From the NCBI GenBank assembly GCA_965116875.1, contig OZ220733.1, forward strand, positions 1,280,001-1,344,000: a stretch of DNA of 64,000 nt. Direction: 5' to 3'. Shown in pieces: positions 49,412 through 59,579 of this stretch. The number at the start of each line of letters is the position of its first letter. Positions within the stretch are counted from its first letter, which is position 1. The notes under the pieces were generated by a model. The model did not search any database. It had not been told where the DNA came from and saw only the letters and a list, made by a program, of their open reading frames with translations. The translations under genes and the position numbers were made by a program. Origin of the DNA: Candidatus Latescibacterota bacterium. Lineage in GTDB: Bacteria > Latescibacterota > UBA2968 > GCA-2709665.

Positions 49412-50890
49412 TTGATGAACCCAAAGATGAAGGTCGGCCCCCTGCTTGGGGTTGAGAATGACTCCCTGTACACCGTCTGTTTTCTTTCGGATATGACGGT
49501 TGCCTCCTGCGACCTTGTCGTGAACGGCGCCCAAGAAACTCCTTTTCAGAAAATCGCAGATACCTGCAGCGGGCAGTTCTGGCGGGCTGAGTTCAAGGTG
49601 GCCGACGTCTCGATGTCGCGTTTTTTTTCCTACGAAATCCTGAGCGAAGGAACCCAACTACAAGCGGCCTCCGGTGCTTCAAACTGGACGTTCCACGTGC
49701 CGGGCGCTTCCGAGCGGCCCCGAGTCGCTTATGCGTCGTGCAATGGCTTCTCGTCGGCAAAGCTGATCAAGAGAACCAGGGAGCCCTATTACCTCTGGGC
49801 AAGAATGTGCGAAGAACACGAGAAAGAGCCGCTGTCTTTGCTGATCATGGGCGGGGATCAGTTGTATTCTGACGAGATCTGGGAAAGTTCCCTGGCGTCG
49901 ACGGTGGTCGAATGGAGCGAATTGTCACGGGCGGAACGTATCCACGAGCCCGTCGGGGAAACAATGCCGGATGAGTTGGCCCGTTTCTACGAAACACTTT
50001 ACGTGAAGCGCTGGAGAAATGAGAATATGGCGCACATCATGGCCTCGGTCCCGACGGTCATGATGTGGGACGACCACGATATCTTTGACGGATGGGGCTC
50101 GTACAAACCCGATTTGCAAGGATGCACGGTTTTCCAGGAGATTTTCCAGGCAGCCCGGCGCTATTTCGAGCTGTTTCAACTTCGGTCCCGCCAAAACAAC
50201 AGTCAACTGAATTCCGGAGCGCATAGCACCTTCGGGCTTCGCTTTCACGATTACCTGATACTGGGATTGGACAATCGGTCGGAGAGGAATCGGAATCAGG
50301 TCATGTCGCCGCGCCACTGGGATGACGTCAAGCGTTGGCTGAAGTCGCAATCCGGCAACGAAGGGAATCTTCTCGTTCTATCAGCCATCCCAGTGGTCTA
50401 TCGTTCGTTCGCGGGGGTGGAAGCGTTTCTTACCGCAACGCCCTGGGAGGAGGAGTTGGAGGACGACGTTTTGGATCACTGGACCGCCAGGGACCACCAG
50501 GGGGAACGGATGAAGTTGATAATGAATCTCCTGGATTACGCCGGCAAGCACGGCTGCAGGGCCATTATTCTTTCCGGCGACGTTCACGTGGGTGCGCTGG
50601 GCATCATCAAGGATAGACGGGATGATCTGGAGATTCATCAGATCATTTCATCCGGAATCGTCCATCCACCGCCCAGCGAGATCGAATGGCTTGGACTTCG
50701 AGCGCTGACTTCAGACGGTAATGAACGGATTGGCGACGGACACATCACAACCGAGATGATCTGCCCGTTTGGCTCGGACAAATACATCCGCGCGCGCAAC
50801 TACGCCGTATTAAAGGAGGGAACCGACCACAAACTGTGGGTGAACTGGATCTGCGAAGGAGACATGAAACCTGAATATGGAATTTCCTGA
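49412..50890 (+). CDS. PhoD-like metallophosphatase, no evident signal peptide
   Basis: SCNG, GGDQLYSD, WDDHDIFDGWGS, LD.R.ER, LSGDVH, SSGIVH. Confidence 0.85.
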   Translation: MMNPKMKVGPLLGVENDSLYTVCFLSDMTVASCDLVVNGAQETPFQKIADTCSGQFWRAEFKVADVSMSRFFSYEILSEGTQLQAASGASNWTFHVPGASERPRVAYASCNGFSSAKLIKRTREPYYLWARMCEEHEKEPLSLLIMGGDQLYSDEIWESSLASTVVEWSELSRAERIHEPVGETMPDELARFYETLYVKRWRNENMAHIMASVPTVMMWDDHDIFDGWGSYKPDLQGCTVFQEIFQAARRYFELFQLRSRQNNSQLNSGAHSTFGLRFHDYLILGLDNRSERNRNQVMSPRHWDDVKRWLKSQSGNEGNLLVLSAIPVVYRSFAGVEAFLTATPWEEELEDDVLDHWTARDHQGERMKLIMNLLDYAGKHGCRAIILSGDVHVGALGIIKDRRDDLEIHQIISSGIVHPPPSEIEWLGLRALTSDGNERIGDGHITTEMICPFGSDKYIRARNYAVLKEGTDHKLWVNWICEGDMKPEYGIS

Positions 50891-51013
50891 GGATCGTCCT
50901 GTCATTTCTACAGGCCGGTTGGAATCAACACGTTCACAGTTGAAGCGGCACAAATCCAAACTCCACTACACCAAGATTGGCACAGACACGAGCGCAGAAA
51001 GGAAGACGCAATC

Positions 51014-51856
51014 ATGTCGAACCATCGAAAACTCGGAAGAATTAATGCCGAGACAGTCATATTGCTTGTGCTGATCGGCGTGTTTCTGTTGGGCACAGCG
51101 GCTTCATATTATGTTGGTTCGCTCATACTAACGGCATTTTGTGCCTCGATGATGGCAACCGCTCTGCTATACCGTTTTCTAGGCGGCGTCGGAGGGAGCA
51201 CCTTTGGACTCGCCGCGATGAGATTTAGCGGCAGCGGTGCCGTGTTGTTGGGGCTGACGTGGTTTTTGAACAACCAGCTTGTTGAACAGAATCCGATCGT
51301 TGATCCAAACCCCCAAGATTGGCTCGCGATCGGCAAGACGGGTCTGCCAACCGCGGTCAAGATTGGACAGAAGGAGAATGTGCCAGACTCTTTATTCTTA
51401 AGCGGTGCTACATGGAGTGCTATACTCGAATCCGGAAATATCAGAGTTTTATCGCCTGAAAATGACCGCCTGGCCAGAATCGAACTTCAGTCTATAAGTG
51501 ACTTGGGATTCTTCAATAATGTTGAGATTGAGATGCTCACAGGAAGAGGCATTAGATTTACGGGTGAATTGAGGATCGGAGAACAAGAGGACTTGAGCCC
51601 TTACCCTTATACGATCCGTGCTGAAAAATTCGTTAACAGTTACAACGACTTTTCAATTCTGGATTACAACGGAGTGGTAATAGAACGTGGATTTCTCAGG
51701 TCAAAGGACTTTCGTTTCTTCAAACACGAAGGGAAGCACTTCCTGATCTTCGTTTCTCGGGCCGTACACAACGACCCCGAGAATCAACCTTGGGGAGTAT
51801 TTGGTTTCACTGAGTTTAAGCTTGCGACCGATTCGGTAGTTCCGCATAGACCTTGA
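51014..51856 (+). CDS. Hypothetical membrane protein (about 3 N-terminal TM helices plus soluble domain)
   Basis: 280-aa ORF with RBS and hydrophobic N-terminus. Confidence 0.72.
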   Translation: MSNHRKLGRINAETVILLVLIGVFLLGTAASYYVGSLILTAFCASMMATALLYRFLGGVGGSTFGLAAMRFSGSGAVLLGLTWFLNNQLVEQNPIVDPNPQDWLAIGKTGLPTAVKIGQKENVPDSLFLSGATWSAILESGNIRVLSPENDRLARIELQSISDLGFFNNVEIEMLTGRGIRFTGELRIGEQEDLSPYPYTIRAEKFVNSYNDFSILDYNGVVIERGFLRSKDFRFFKHEGKHFLIFVSRAVHNDPENQPWGVFGFTEFKLATDSVVPHRP

Positions 51857-52194
51857 ACTTAGGCTACCTCATATCGGTTGCAAAACCCACAAACACACAG
51901 ATGCGATTGGTCAGCTAGTCGGTAGTACCTGCAACTGCTCGATTTCAAGCGCTTATACCTTGGTTCGGCGCAACCGACATCAGTTCGCATCCCCGCCGCG
52001 GGCTTGGGAAATTATGAGGAAGAGCGGTTGCAGCTGTTATGGTTGAAGGTATATTCCAAGATCGAGTCGCCTCTGACGAGGTAGAAATTGAAGAATGAGA
52101 AGTCGTCATGATTCCCATTCCGTGAGTTTTCAGCATCACCGTGTCGTATAGACAGCGACGCTTTGCGATACATTGCGCCCTGGAGTTTCATGTC

Positions 52195-55100
52195 ATGACA
52201 GATGCACAGATGAATCTCGATTTCGGGGGAAGGCCAACCGCGCGGGACATACTTGGCCGCATCCGCACCGATAGCCGTGATGAATCCGAAAAAGGACGCT
52301 GGTTCGAGCAGTTGTTCATCCGCATCGCGCGTCAGCAGCCCGAGTTCGAGGTCGACACGATCTGGCGCTGGCCCGACTGGACGGATCGCGAGGCGTTGAC
52401 AGGGCTCGACGGAAGGGACATAGGGATCGACCTCGTGGCGCAGCGGACCTCGGGAGAGTGGGTCGCCATCCAGTGCAAGTGCTACGAGGATAAGCACACA
52501 CTCGGTAAGGGAGAGATCGACAAGTTTCTCGGCGGCTCCCAACATCCGGTCTTCCGCCTGCGCTGGATCGTGGCGACCTGCCGGTGGGGAACCAATGCCG
52601 AGCGGGCTATCCAGAACGCCCACCCACAGGTCACGCAGGTCGACTTCCGTGAATACCTCAACGTCCAGGTCGAAGAGGTAGATGCCAGGCGCCCCGTTCA
52701 AGAGCCCTGGCCTCTACAAATGGAAGCGATCGAGGACGCCGTCGCTGGACTCGAGAATCACGACCGTGGTCGCCTCATCATGGCCTGTGGCACGGGCAAG
52801 ACTTTTACTGCCCTTCGCATCGCCGAGCAGGTTGTCCCGGAAGGGCAACGGATTCTATTTGCCGCCCCAACCATCGCGCTGGTATCGCAGGCGCGGCGGG
52901 AATGGCTCCGGCAGACCACGCGCAAGCTTGAGTGCATCGTTGTCTGTTCAGACCCGACCGCCGGCGGACGCAACGAGAACGAGGACATCCGGATTTCCGA
53001 GCTTGAGTGTCCGGTCTCGACTGACCCTCCCGAGATTGCCCGTTCACTCGTCGACGACGGACCGACCCGCGTCGTGTTCTGCACGTACCACTCACTGGGC
53101 AGGGTCACGGACGCACAGGCGTATCACAATGCTCCGGAGTTCGAACTGGCCATCGCCGACGAGGCCCACCGGACCACGGGAGCGCTTCTTGGGGAGCGCC
53201 GTTCGAATCCCGCGAGAAAGGTGGACTTCCAGGAGTTCCATGATGACGCTCGAATGCGTGCTCGGAAGCGCCTCTACATGACCGCCACGCCTCGAATCTA
53301 CACCCAACGATCAAAAAGCAAACTCGCCGAAAAGGGGTTCGAAGTCGTGGACATGGGTGATTACGGCGTCTATGGCCCGGAGTTTCACAGGCTTCCGTTC
53401 GCCAAGGCCGTGAAACACGGAATGCTCTCCGACTACCGTGTGATCGTACTTGGCGTGAGCCATGCGAGTGTAACACCGGGTCTGCGACGGCGCCTTAAAG
53501 ATCTTGACACGTCGACAAAGCGTAAGCAGGCGCTGACAACCAATGAAATGACACGAGTTCTGGGCGTCTCGCTCGCAGTAAACGGCGTCACCGAGGGCAA
53601 GGCGCTGGAGCAGCCGGGCAAGCTTCCGCGGACCATGGCGTTTGCGAACAGCATCCTGCGTTCGAAGTGGTATGCCGACGCGCTCATGGAAAGCGAGGTC
53701 TTGAGGGCCACTACCCGGCGCATGGCGACCGGGCGGGCGATGAAGGTGGTTGCCCGGCACCTCGATGCGTCTGCGAGCGCGCTCAGGCGCAATCAAGAGC
53801 TCCGTTCTCTGGCTCACGCCGACGGAGAATGCCGGGTGGTCTGCAACGTCAAGCTGTTTACCGAGGGCGTTGACGTCCCGCAGCTTGATGCCGTCGCGTT
53901 CCTCGATCCTCGGGACAGCCAGGTCGACGTCGTGCAGGCCGTCGGGCGGGTGATGCGGAAGGCGCCGGGCAAACGCTTCGGCTACATCATTGTCCCGGTC
54001 GTGGTCGAACTCGGTCGCGACGTCGCGGCTGCATTGGAACGTGGCACCGAAGGATACAGTACCGTCGGCCGTGTGTTGCGAGCACTTCAAGCCCATGACG
54101 GGCGCCTCGCCGAATCGCCAGCCACCTTCATCAAAGTGTATGAACAGGATCGGCCAAACGTCCCCAAAGATTCGGGCGCGGGCACGGTTCGTGAGTCCGA
54201 GGGCGAGTATATCCAGAGCAGACTCGACCTGAAGGAAGCCGAGCAGGGTATCTACGCGCATGTCGCGGCGGCTTCCGGTCTGGGCAAACCCGGGCAACTC
54301 GTTGCAGACGAGATCGTGGATGCGGTAAGGCACGTAAGCAGCGTGCTTCAGAAGGAAGAGATGGAGGAACCGCTAGCAAACGCTCTCGACCTTGTCCCGG
54401 AGGAAGACGGCGGCGCGAAGGGGATTTGTACAATCGCGGCGCTCATGCTCTGCAATGCCTGCCTTCTTCAACGCCGCCTGCGCGACGAACCGGAAATGAA
54501 AACGATCGTGCGACTTGACAGGGTGGCGGGCGCGAGTAACCCCAAAGAGGTCCTCGAAATTGCCTGGGAGTCCATCCTCGAAAAGGACTATGCGCCTGTG
54601 TTCAGGCCCGCTCTCGCGGTGCTTGGAGCGCTTCGTGAAGGAAACGCAATCGATGATGCGATCCGTGTCGTTGCGGAATGTGCGAACCGCGTCGCTGATT
54701 CCTTGAGCGATCTCGGATACGACCATGCAGGACCGCTCTATCACAGCATTCTTGGCTCCGCGAAGAGCGACGGCGCCTTCTATACGAACAACCTGTCGGC
54801 AATCATGCTGGCGCGTTTGGCGCTCAGCGAGGATTTCGTCGATTGGGCGGACCCTGAAGCGGTCGCGAATTTACGGATCATGGACCCAGCGTGTGGGACC
54901 GGGACGTTGCTGATGGCAGCGCTCCAGACGATCAAGGCGCGCGTTGACGCTTTCAGGAAGATGAACTCCGACAACCGCAAGCGAGGGCGCAAGTTCTCCC
55001 CCGAGACGGTCAAGGGGATGCAGCGTAACGAAATCGACATCCGCGACCGCCTTCATTCTGTGGATGAAACGGCAGGACAGGTCATCACCACCAACAGCGT

Positions 55101-56241
55101 CCGCACGTTCTTTACGCCCCTTGCAGACCAGCTACTCAAGTCCATTCAGGGCGTTCTGGCCAAGGTTATCCCGGCCACAGCCTGCATTGGCGCATCCGGC
55201 CTGGACGAACGACGTTTTCTCGCCGATCGCTTCCACGTCGAGCGTGTCGTCACCACGCACGACCCGAAGCGGATTAATTTCTCAGAAAACACCAGCATCC
55301 ACGAATGTTTGCTCATCTGCCGGCGATGGCACGGAGGAGAGCGCCCGGCCACGGAGTTCGTGTCGCTGCGGCGGATGCCAAAAGACGCGGCGGGAGCGGT
55401 CAAAGCCGCCGAAGCCATCGCGGACGGAGATCTCGCGGATTGGGGCGCCGCCCACCCGTGGCCCGCAGAACGCGTGGGCGCCGGCGACTGGACCCCTGCA
55501 CAGTGGTACGACGGTGCGCTTGCCGAGACCGTCTGGTTCCTTGAGGGGCATAGAGAACTTACGCCGGCAGGCGCCGTTCTTACGCCAGGGCCAACCGGAC
55601 GGGCCGCGCAAGATTCCTGGAGGCGTTCCGAAGGCGACCCGCGGGCAATAATGGTTTTCGACAGCGTGTCTGCCGCAATCAGGCGCACCATGCTCGACGC
55701 CCCGGAGCAGCCTGTGGCTCCGGGCGGGAGGCGCGCTCATTTGTACGAGAGGGTCCTTCAGGGTCGGGGAAACCTGATGCTGGCGACGCGATACAACACG
55801 GTGAGCGGCCGATTGACTGCGCTGTGGAGCAAGGAGCCAACATTCGGTTTCGGCTGGATTCCAGCACGGGGAACGGACAGCGCATATGAGCAGGCGATCT
55901 GCGCCTGGTGGAACAGCACCCCCGGCCGGCTGTTGCTACTCAATCGTCGTGCCAAGACTCTGACGTATCCCAAGTGGTCGGTAGCGCATTTGACGTCGCT
56001 GCCCGTTCCGAGGCCGGCGTCAAAAGGATGTGCCGAATTGACTGACGCATGGAACCGCTATCGGCAGGAGCCCATGCTTCCCCTTCGTAACGCCGAGAAC
56101 TGTATGGTCCGGCAGGCAATCGACGAGGCGGCCGCGTGCGCGCTCGGACTGGATTCGGGCGTTGTAGCGGACTGGCGAAGGCGGCTCGCAGCCGAACCGA
56201 CAATCACCAACAGGAGGAGTACAGACCATGTATCAACATAG
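52195..56241 (+). CDS. Type ISP-like restriction-modification enzyme (Mrr-type nuclease, SF2 helicase, N6-MTase, TRD) with internally deleted MTase
   Basis: D.GIDLVA..AIQCK; GTGKT, DEAH, TAT, EGVDVP, QAVGRVMR; GAFYT, DPACGTG; no NPP(Y/F). Confidence 0.88.
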   Translation: MTDAQMNLDFGGRPTARDILGRIRTDSRDESEKGRWFEQLFIRIARQQPEFEVDTIWRWPDWTDREALTGLDGRDIGIDLVAQRTSGEWVAIQCKCYEDKHTLGKGEIDKFLGGSQHPVFRLRWIVATCRWGTNAERAIQNAHPQVTQVDFREYLNVQVEEVDARRPVQEPWPLQMEAIEDAVAGLENHDRGRLIMACGTGKTFTALRIAEQVVPEGQRILFAAPTIALVSQARREWLRQTTRKLECIVVCSDPTAGGRNENEDIRISELECPVSTDPPEIARSLVDDGPTRVVFCTYHSLGRVTDAQAYHNAPEFELAIADEAHRTTGALLGERRSNPARKVDFQEFHDDARMRARKRLYMTATPRIYTQRSKSKLAEKGFEVVDMGDYGVYGPEFHRLPFAKAVKHGMLSDYRVIVLGVSHASVTPGLRRRLKDLDTSTKRKQALTTNEMTRVLGVSLAVNGVTEGKALEQPGKLPRTMAFANSILRSKWYADALMESEVLRATTRRMATGRAMKVVARHLDASASALRRNQELRSLAHADGECRVVCNVKLFTEGVDVPQLDAVAFLDPRDSQVDVVQAVGRVMRKAPGKRFGYIIVPVVVELGRDVAAALERGTEGYSTVGRVLRALQAHDGRLAESPATFIKVYEQDRPNVPKDSGAGTVRESEGEYIQSRLDLKEAEQGIYAHVAAASGLGKPGQLVADEIVDAVRHVSSVLQKEEMEEPLANALDLVPEEDGGAKGICTIAALMLCNACLLQRRLRDEPEMKTIVRLDRVAGASNPKEVLEIAWESILEKDYAPVFRPALAVLGALREGNAIDDAIRVVAECANRVADSLSDLGYDHAGPLYHSILGSAKSDGAFYTNNLSAIMLARLALSEDFVDWADPEAVANLRIMDPACGTGTLLMAALQTIKARVDAFRKMNSDNRKRGRKFSPETVKGMQRNEIDIRDRLHSVDETAGQVITTNSVRTFFTPLADQLLKSIQGVLAKVIPATACIGASGLDERRFLADRFHVERVVTTHDPKRINFSENTSIHECLLICRRWHGGERPATEFVSLRRMPKDAAGAVKAAEAIADGDLADWGAAHPWPAERVGAGDWTPAQWYDGALAETVWFLEGHRELTPAGAVLTPGPTGRAAQDSWRRSEGDPRAIMVFDSVSAAIRRTMLDAPEQPVAPGGRRAHLYERVLQGRGNLMLATRYNTVSGRLTALWSKEPTFGFGWIPARGTDSAYEQAICAWWNSTPGRLLLLNRRAKTLTYPKWSVAHLTSLPVPRPASKGCAELTDAWNRYRQEPMLPLRNAENCMVRQAIDEAAACALGLDSGVVADWRRRLAAEPTITNRRSTDHVST

Positions 56242-56254
56242 AGAACGAGGAACG

Positions 56255-56746
56255 ATGCGGATGCTTTGTCTGGCGCTTGCGATACTACTCGCGTTCGTGG
56301 TAACTACGACTGTTGGCGCCATCGGACTTAGGTCGGCGGCGAATGCTCAGTCAAGTGAGCAACCAACCGAGGAATCAAGGAATGCGCTTGGTGAAGATCA
56401 ACCAGAGAATGCGTCAGACCGGGTTTTTCTCGCTGGATTTGGAGCGATTTCTTTGTTGGTGCTCGTAGTGTTGCCCCTCGTGGCCAAATGCGTAGTTAAA
56501 AATCACAACGATGGAAAAATGCAGAAGGAACTCCGCGGGCTTGGTCTACCCCGGGGCTCGGTTCGCGCCATGCTTGCTTTATGGATGGTTGGCTCCTACC
56601 TGCTCTTTCTGATTTACGCGGCAACGAGCTTGGACAAGTCCAACAATGATTCCATCAAGGTTATCCTCACAGCCTTTGGCCCGCTGGTCGGGGCCGTGCT
56701 TGCGTTCTATTTCGCAGGACGGGCATCTGCGCCTGACCCGAATTAA
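56255..56746 (+). CDS. Membrane protein, LGLPRGSVRA family, paralog 1
   Basis: Hydrophobic helices; alternative start 56228 overlaps the RM gene end. Confidence 0.75.
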   Translation: MRMLCLALAILLAFVVTTTVGAIGLRSAANAQSSEQPTEESRNALGEDQPENASDRVFLAGFGAISLLVLVVLPLVAKCVVKNHNDGKMQKELRGLGLPRGSVRAMLALWMVGSYLLFLIYAATSLDKSNNDSIKVILTAFGPLVGAVLAFYFAGRASAPDPN

Positions 56747-56832
56747 GGGTAATGGGAGGTATCGAACCAGACGGACTATCGCCGGCGCTAGGTCGCAGAA
56801 CCAACAATCACACAATGAAGGGGTCACGAGCC

Positions 56833-57411
56833 ATGAGTCAAGACAATCAAGACGCGAGTCCGGAAGCCGGTTCTTCTCCAGAGAAAACCAGGCAACAACA
56901 AAGCACTCCTCTTCAAGGTCCGCGGAAGAACTCCTGTCCTCAACGTTATCAAGAAGGATGGAAAAAGTGGGGCTCGTGTGCGACAGGCTTGCTTATAGTA
57001 GGCATAGGGATTGGGATCCCCTTCGTCGTTGTCGTATTCCTCAAGGACGAAAATTTGCACCTTGCTGGTTTCGCACTGATTACCGTATTGGTGCTAGTCG
57101 TGCTTCCGGTGATTTCCTGGATGCGGTGCTTCGATAAGGAGGAACTCCGGGGGCTTGGTCTACCCCGGGGCTCGGTTCGAGCCATGCTTGCTTTGTGGAT
57201 GGTTGGCACCTACCTGCTCTTCCTGATTTACGCGGCAACGAACTTGGGCAAGCCCAACGATGATTCTATCGAGGATATCCTCACAGCTTTCGGCCCGCTG
57301 GTCGGGGCCGTCCTCGCGTTCTATTTCGCACAGCGCGCATCAACATCCACTCCATCCAACAACAGAGAACAGAGAAACCCCACTTCAGTAGCGAGCGAAA
57401 CAGAAGCCTGA
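56833..57411 (+). CDS. Membrane protein, LGLPRGSVRA family, paralog 2
   Basis: Shares a highly similar ~65-aa C-terminal module with paralog 1. Confidence 0.78.
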   Translation: MSQDNQDASPEAGSSPEKTRQQQSTPLQGPRKNSCPQRYQEGWKKWGSCATGLLIVGIGIGIPFVVVVFLKDENLHLAGFALITVLVLVVLPVISWMRCFDKEELRGLGLPRGSVRAMLALWMVGTYLLFLIYAATNLGKPNDDSIEDILTAFGPLVGAVLAFYFAQRASTSTPSNNREQRNPTSVASETEA

Positions 57412-57842
57412 TGATCTGTAGTGACGGGTATTTTCCGGCGGCGGTATGGGTAGCAGGCAGGGATGGCCTGATTGGACGATGCGTGACATCAATCAGATCT
57501 TCGGTACCCTTGAAAGTGGTTTGTTTTTCGTCACATTCGATCTTGGGGTGCTGAAACGCGAATTCATCCGGCAAGAATTGAGACAGATCGACTTCATCCA
57601 ATCGCTTACAATATTTGGGACGATATCCGCTCCTCGGTCCAGACTACGACAGATTCGACGATATGGGCGTGAGTTGATCGATGTGGAAGAATGCTTCCAT
57701 AGGGTACGGGCGTCCCATCTCGAGCATGCCATCTGTTTTAGTTAAAAATGCAGTGATGGCAATCCCGGCGGCTCGTATATAAGTCAGTCGCCTGGTTCAA
57801 ATTTAACACTTCCTGACAAGACCTCCGGCCAGGAGGGAAAAA

Positions 57843-59324
57843 TTGGCAACTCAGAAACACATTGAATGGTTACTCGAAGGTGTCGAGAGCTGGAATGAGA
57901 GGCGTGAGCGCGATGATTTCTGCCCCGATTTGGCTGGCGCGGACGTTTACGGTGAGTATCGGAATGCAGGAAAGATCAATGATGATGGAATTCTCCCTCT
58001 TTGCCGAATAAACTTCAGTCAGGCAAATCTGACGAAAACCCGCTTCTGTTGTGACAATACGGGCGGTGGCGCCGATCTAAGGTGGTCAAACTTTCGGTCT
58101 GCAAACCTGCAGGACTCCCAACTGGCCAACTCGAGACTCGATGGTGCAATCCTGAACGGCGCGATCCTTGACAGAGCGAATTTATCTGCTGCAAAGCTCC
58201 ATTCAGCAGAAATGTCCAATGTTCAACTTGAAGAAACTCAGCTTTTTCAGGCCGACCTTACAGATGCAGATCTCAGTCTTGCGTACCTGAAAGACACCAA
58301 TTTCGATTGCGCGACGCTGGTTAACGCCGATCTCTCAACGGCAATCCTGACGGGCGCAGAATTCGCATGGTCGAGACCCTGGCAATCGAGGCTCTACGAA
58401 GGGGCTCAGGCTGAAAACAAAAGACGCTCATGCATGGGGGATGGCGAAAGTGTAGAGTGCGTCTCGCATCTGATAGGAGTATGTTCTGCCATTCAAGCCG
58501 AACATCCCGATAGCGTACTCTACTACAGGGGCGAGCACAAAGACTCCTGGGATCTGCGACCATCCGTGATGAGGAAGACGAAAAAGGGTGGGTACATTTG
58601 GCGCAAAAAAGAAAGCGACATGCTACTCGATCTCATGTCGGTACGGCCTGAGGACTTCAACAACACGACTTCCGCGCTTGCTCAATGGGTTCTGGCTCAA
58701 CACCACGGTCTCAAGACACGGTTGCTCGACGTCACGAGGAATCCACTTGTGGCTTTGTTCGCCTCGTGCGAATCTGAATGCAGGAACGGTCGCCTGCACG
58801 TATTCACAGTGCCGAAAGATTTGAAAAAGTCCTTCAACAGTGATACGATCAGTATCATAGCCAATTTCTCCAAGCTCACGAGTGCAGAACAAGATTTGCT
58901 GTTAGGCCGGACTGGCGAAGATATATCAAAGCGGGATCCTGATGCGCCTCTCGATATTGGGTACGAACATGCGATGCGTCGTCTTTACCATCTGATTCGC
59001 CAGGAGAAACCTCACTTTGAGAAACGGATCAATCCGAGGCATCTCTATCAGGTATATGTTGTTGAACCACAGCAGTCATTTGAACGTATTCGAGCTCAGT
59101 CCGGCGCCTTTTTGATTTCCGCATTTCACGAGCGTTTCGAGCGCTCTGAGGTCCTGAAGTACAATACCGGAATTCCGATTTATGACTATGGCAAACTGGT
59201 GGTTCCAAAAGAAAAGAAGGAGCGAATCCGTGAAGAGCTACGTCTATTGAACGTCACCCATGATACGCTTTTTCCTGGCCTCGACGAAGCGGCGCGAGCC
59301 ATAACAGACCGTCATTCCAAATAG
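57843..59324 (+). CDS. Pentapeptide-repeat plus FRG-domain fusion protein
   Basis: HIEWLLEGVESWN cap, pentapeptide run, then YRGE, L.PS, AQHHGLKTRLLDVT.NPLVALF, RI.AQSG.F, LFPGLD. Confidence 0.9.
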   Translation: MATQKHIEWLLEGVESWNERRERDDFCPDLAGADVYGEYRNAGKINDDGILPLCRINFSQANLTKTRFCCDNTGGGADLRWSNFRSANLQDSQLANSRLDGAILNGAILDRANLSAAKLHSAEMSNVQLEETQLFQADLTDADLSLAYLKDTNFDCATLVNADLSTAILTGAEFAWSRPWQSRLYEGAQAENKRRSCMGDGESVECVSHLIGVCSAIQAEHPDSVLYYRGEHKDSWDLRPSVMRKTKKGGYIWRKKESDMLLDLMSVRPEDFNNTTSALAQWVLAQHHGLKTRLLDVTRNPLVALFASCESECRNGRLHVFTVPKDLKKSFNSDTISIIANFSKLTSAEQDLLLGRTGEDISKRDPDAPLDIGYEHAMRRLYHLIRQEKPHFEKRINPRHLYQVYVVEPQQSFERIRAQSGAFLISAFHERFERSEVLKYNTGIPIYDYGKLVVPKEKKERIREELRLLNVTHDTLFPGLDEAARAITDRHSK

Positions 59325-59579
59325 CACATGCCTGCTGGCACGATGTCCCTGGAATTGGGCTTGTCTCGCAAAGTGTTTGACCGAATGGAAAGCGCATGGG
59401 ATGTGTCGTCGAGTATGGAATTTAAGGTGAACAGAGACCGGACGGAAAGATGAGGATGCCTCTGAGGAGAACGGATTACCTGAATCAAGTCCGTTTCGAA
59501 ACAATGGGTTCCGGATGGACCATACGTACCAAGTATCGCAGTACTTTGCAATCTCCAATTCAGAAGGGAACTGGTTCAT

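Noticed and set aside
56525-57342. Possible DGR template/variable repeat pair
   Set aside because: Differences are not adenine-specific, both copies are coding, and there is no reverse transcriptase
57430-57745. Short ORFs on both strands between the membrane paralogs and the FRG gene
   Set aside because: No recognisable motif or RBS, and the minus frame is interrupted by a stop; perhaps a gene fragment but not supportable
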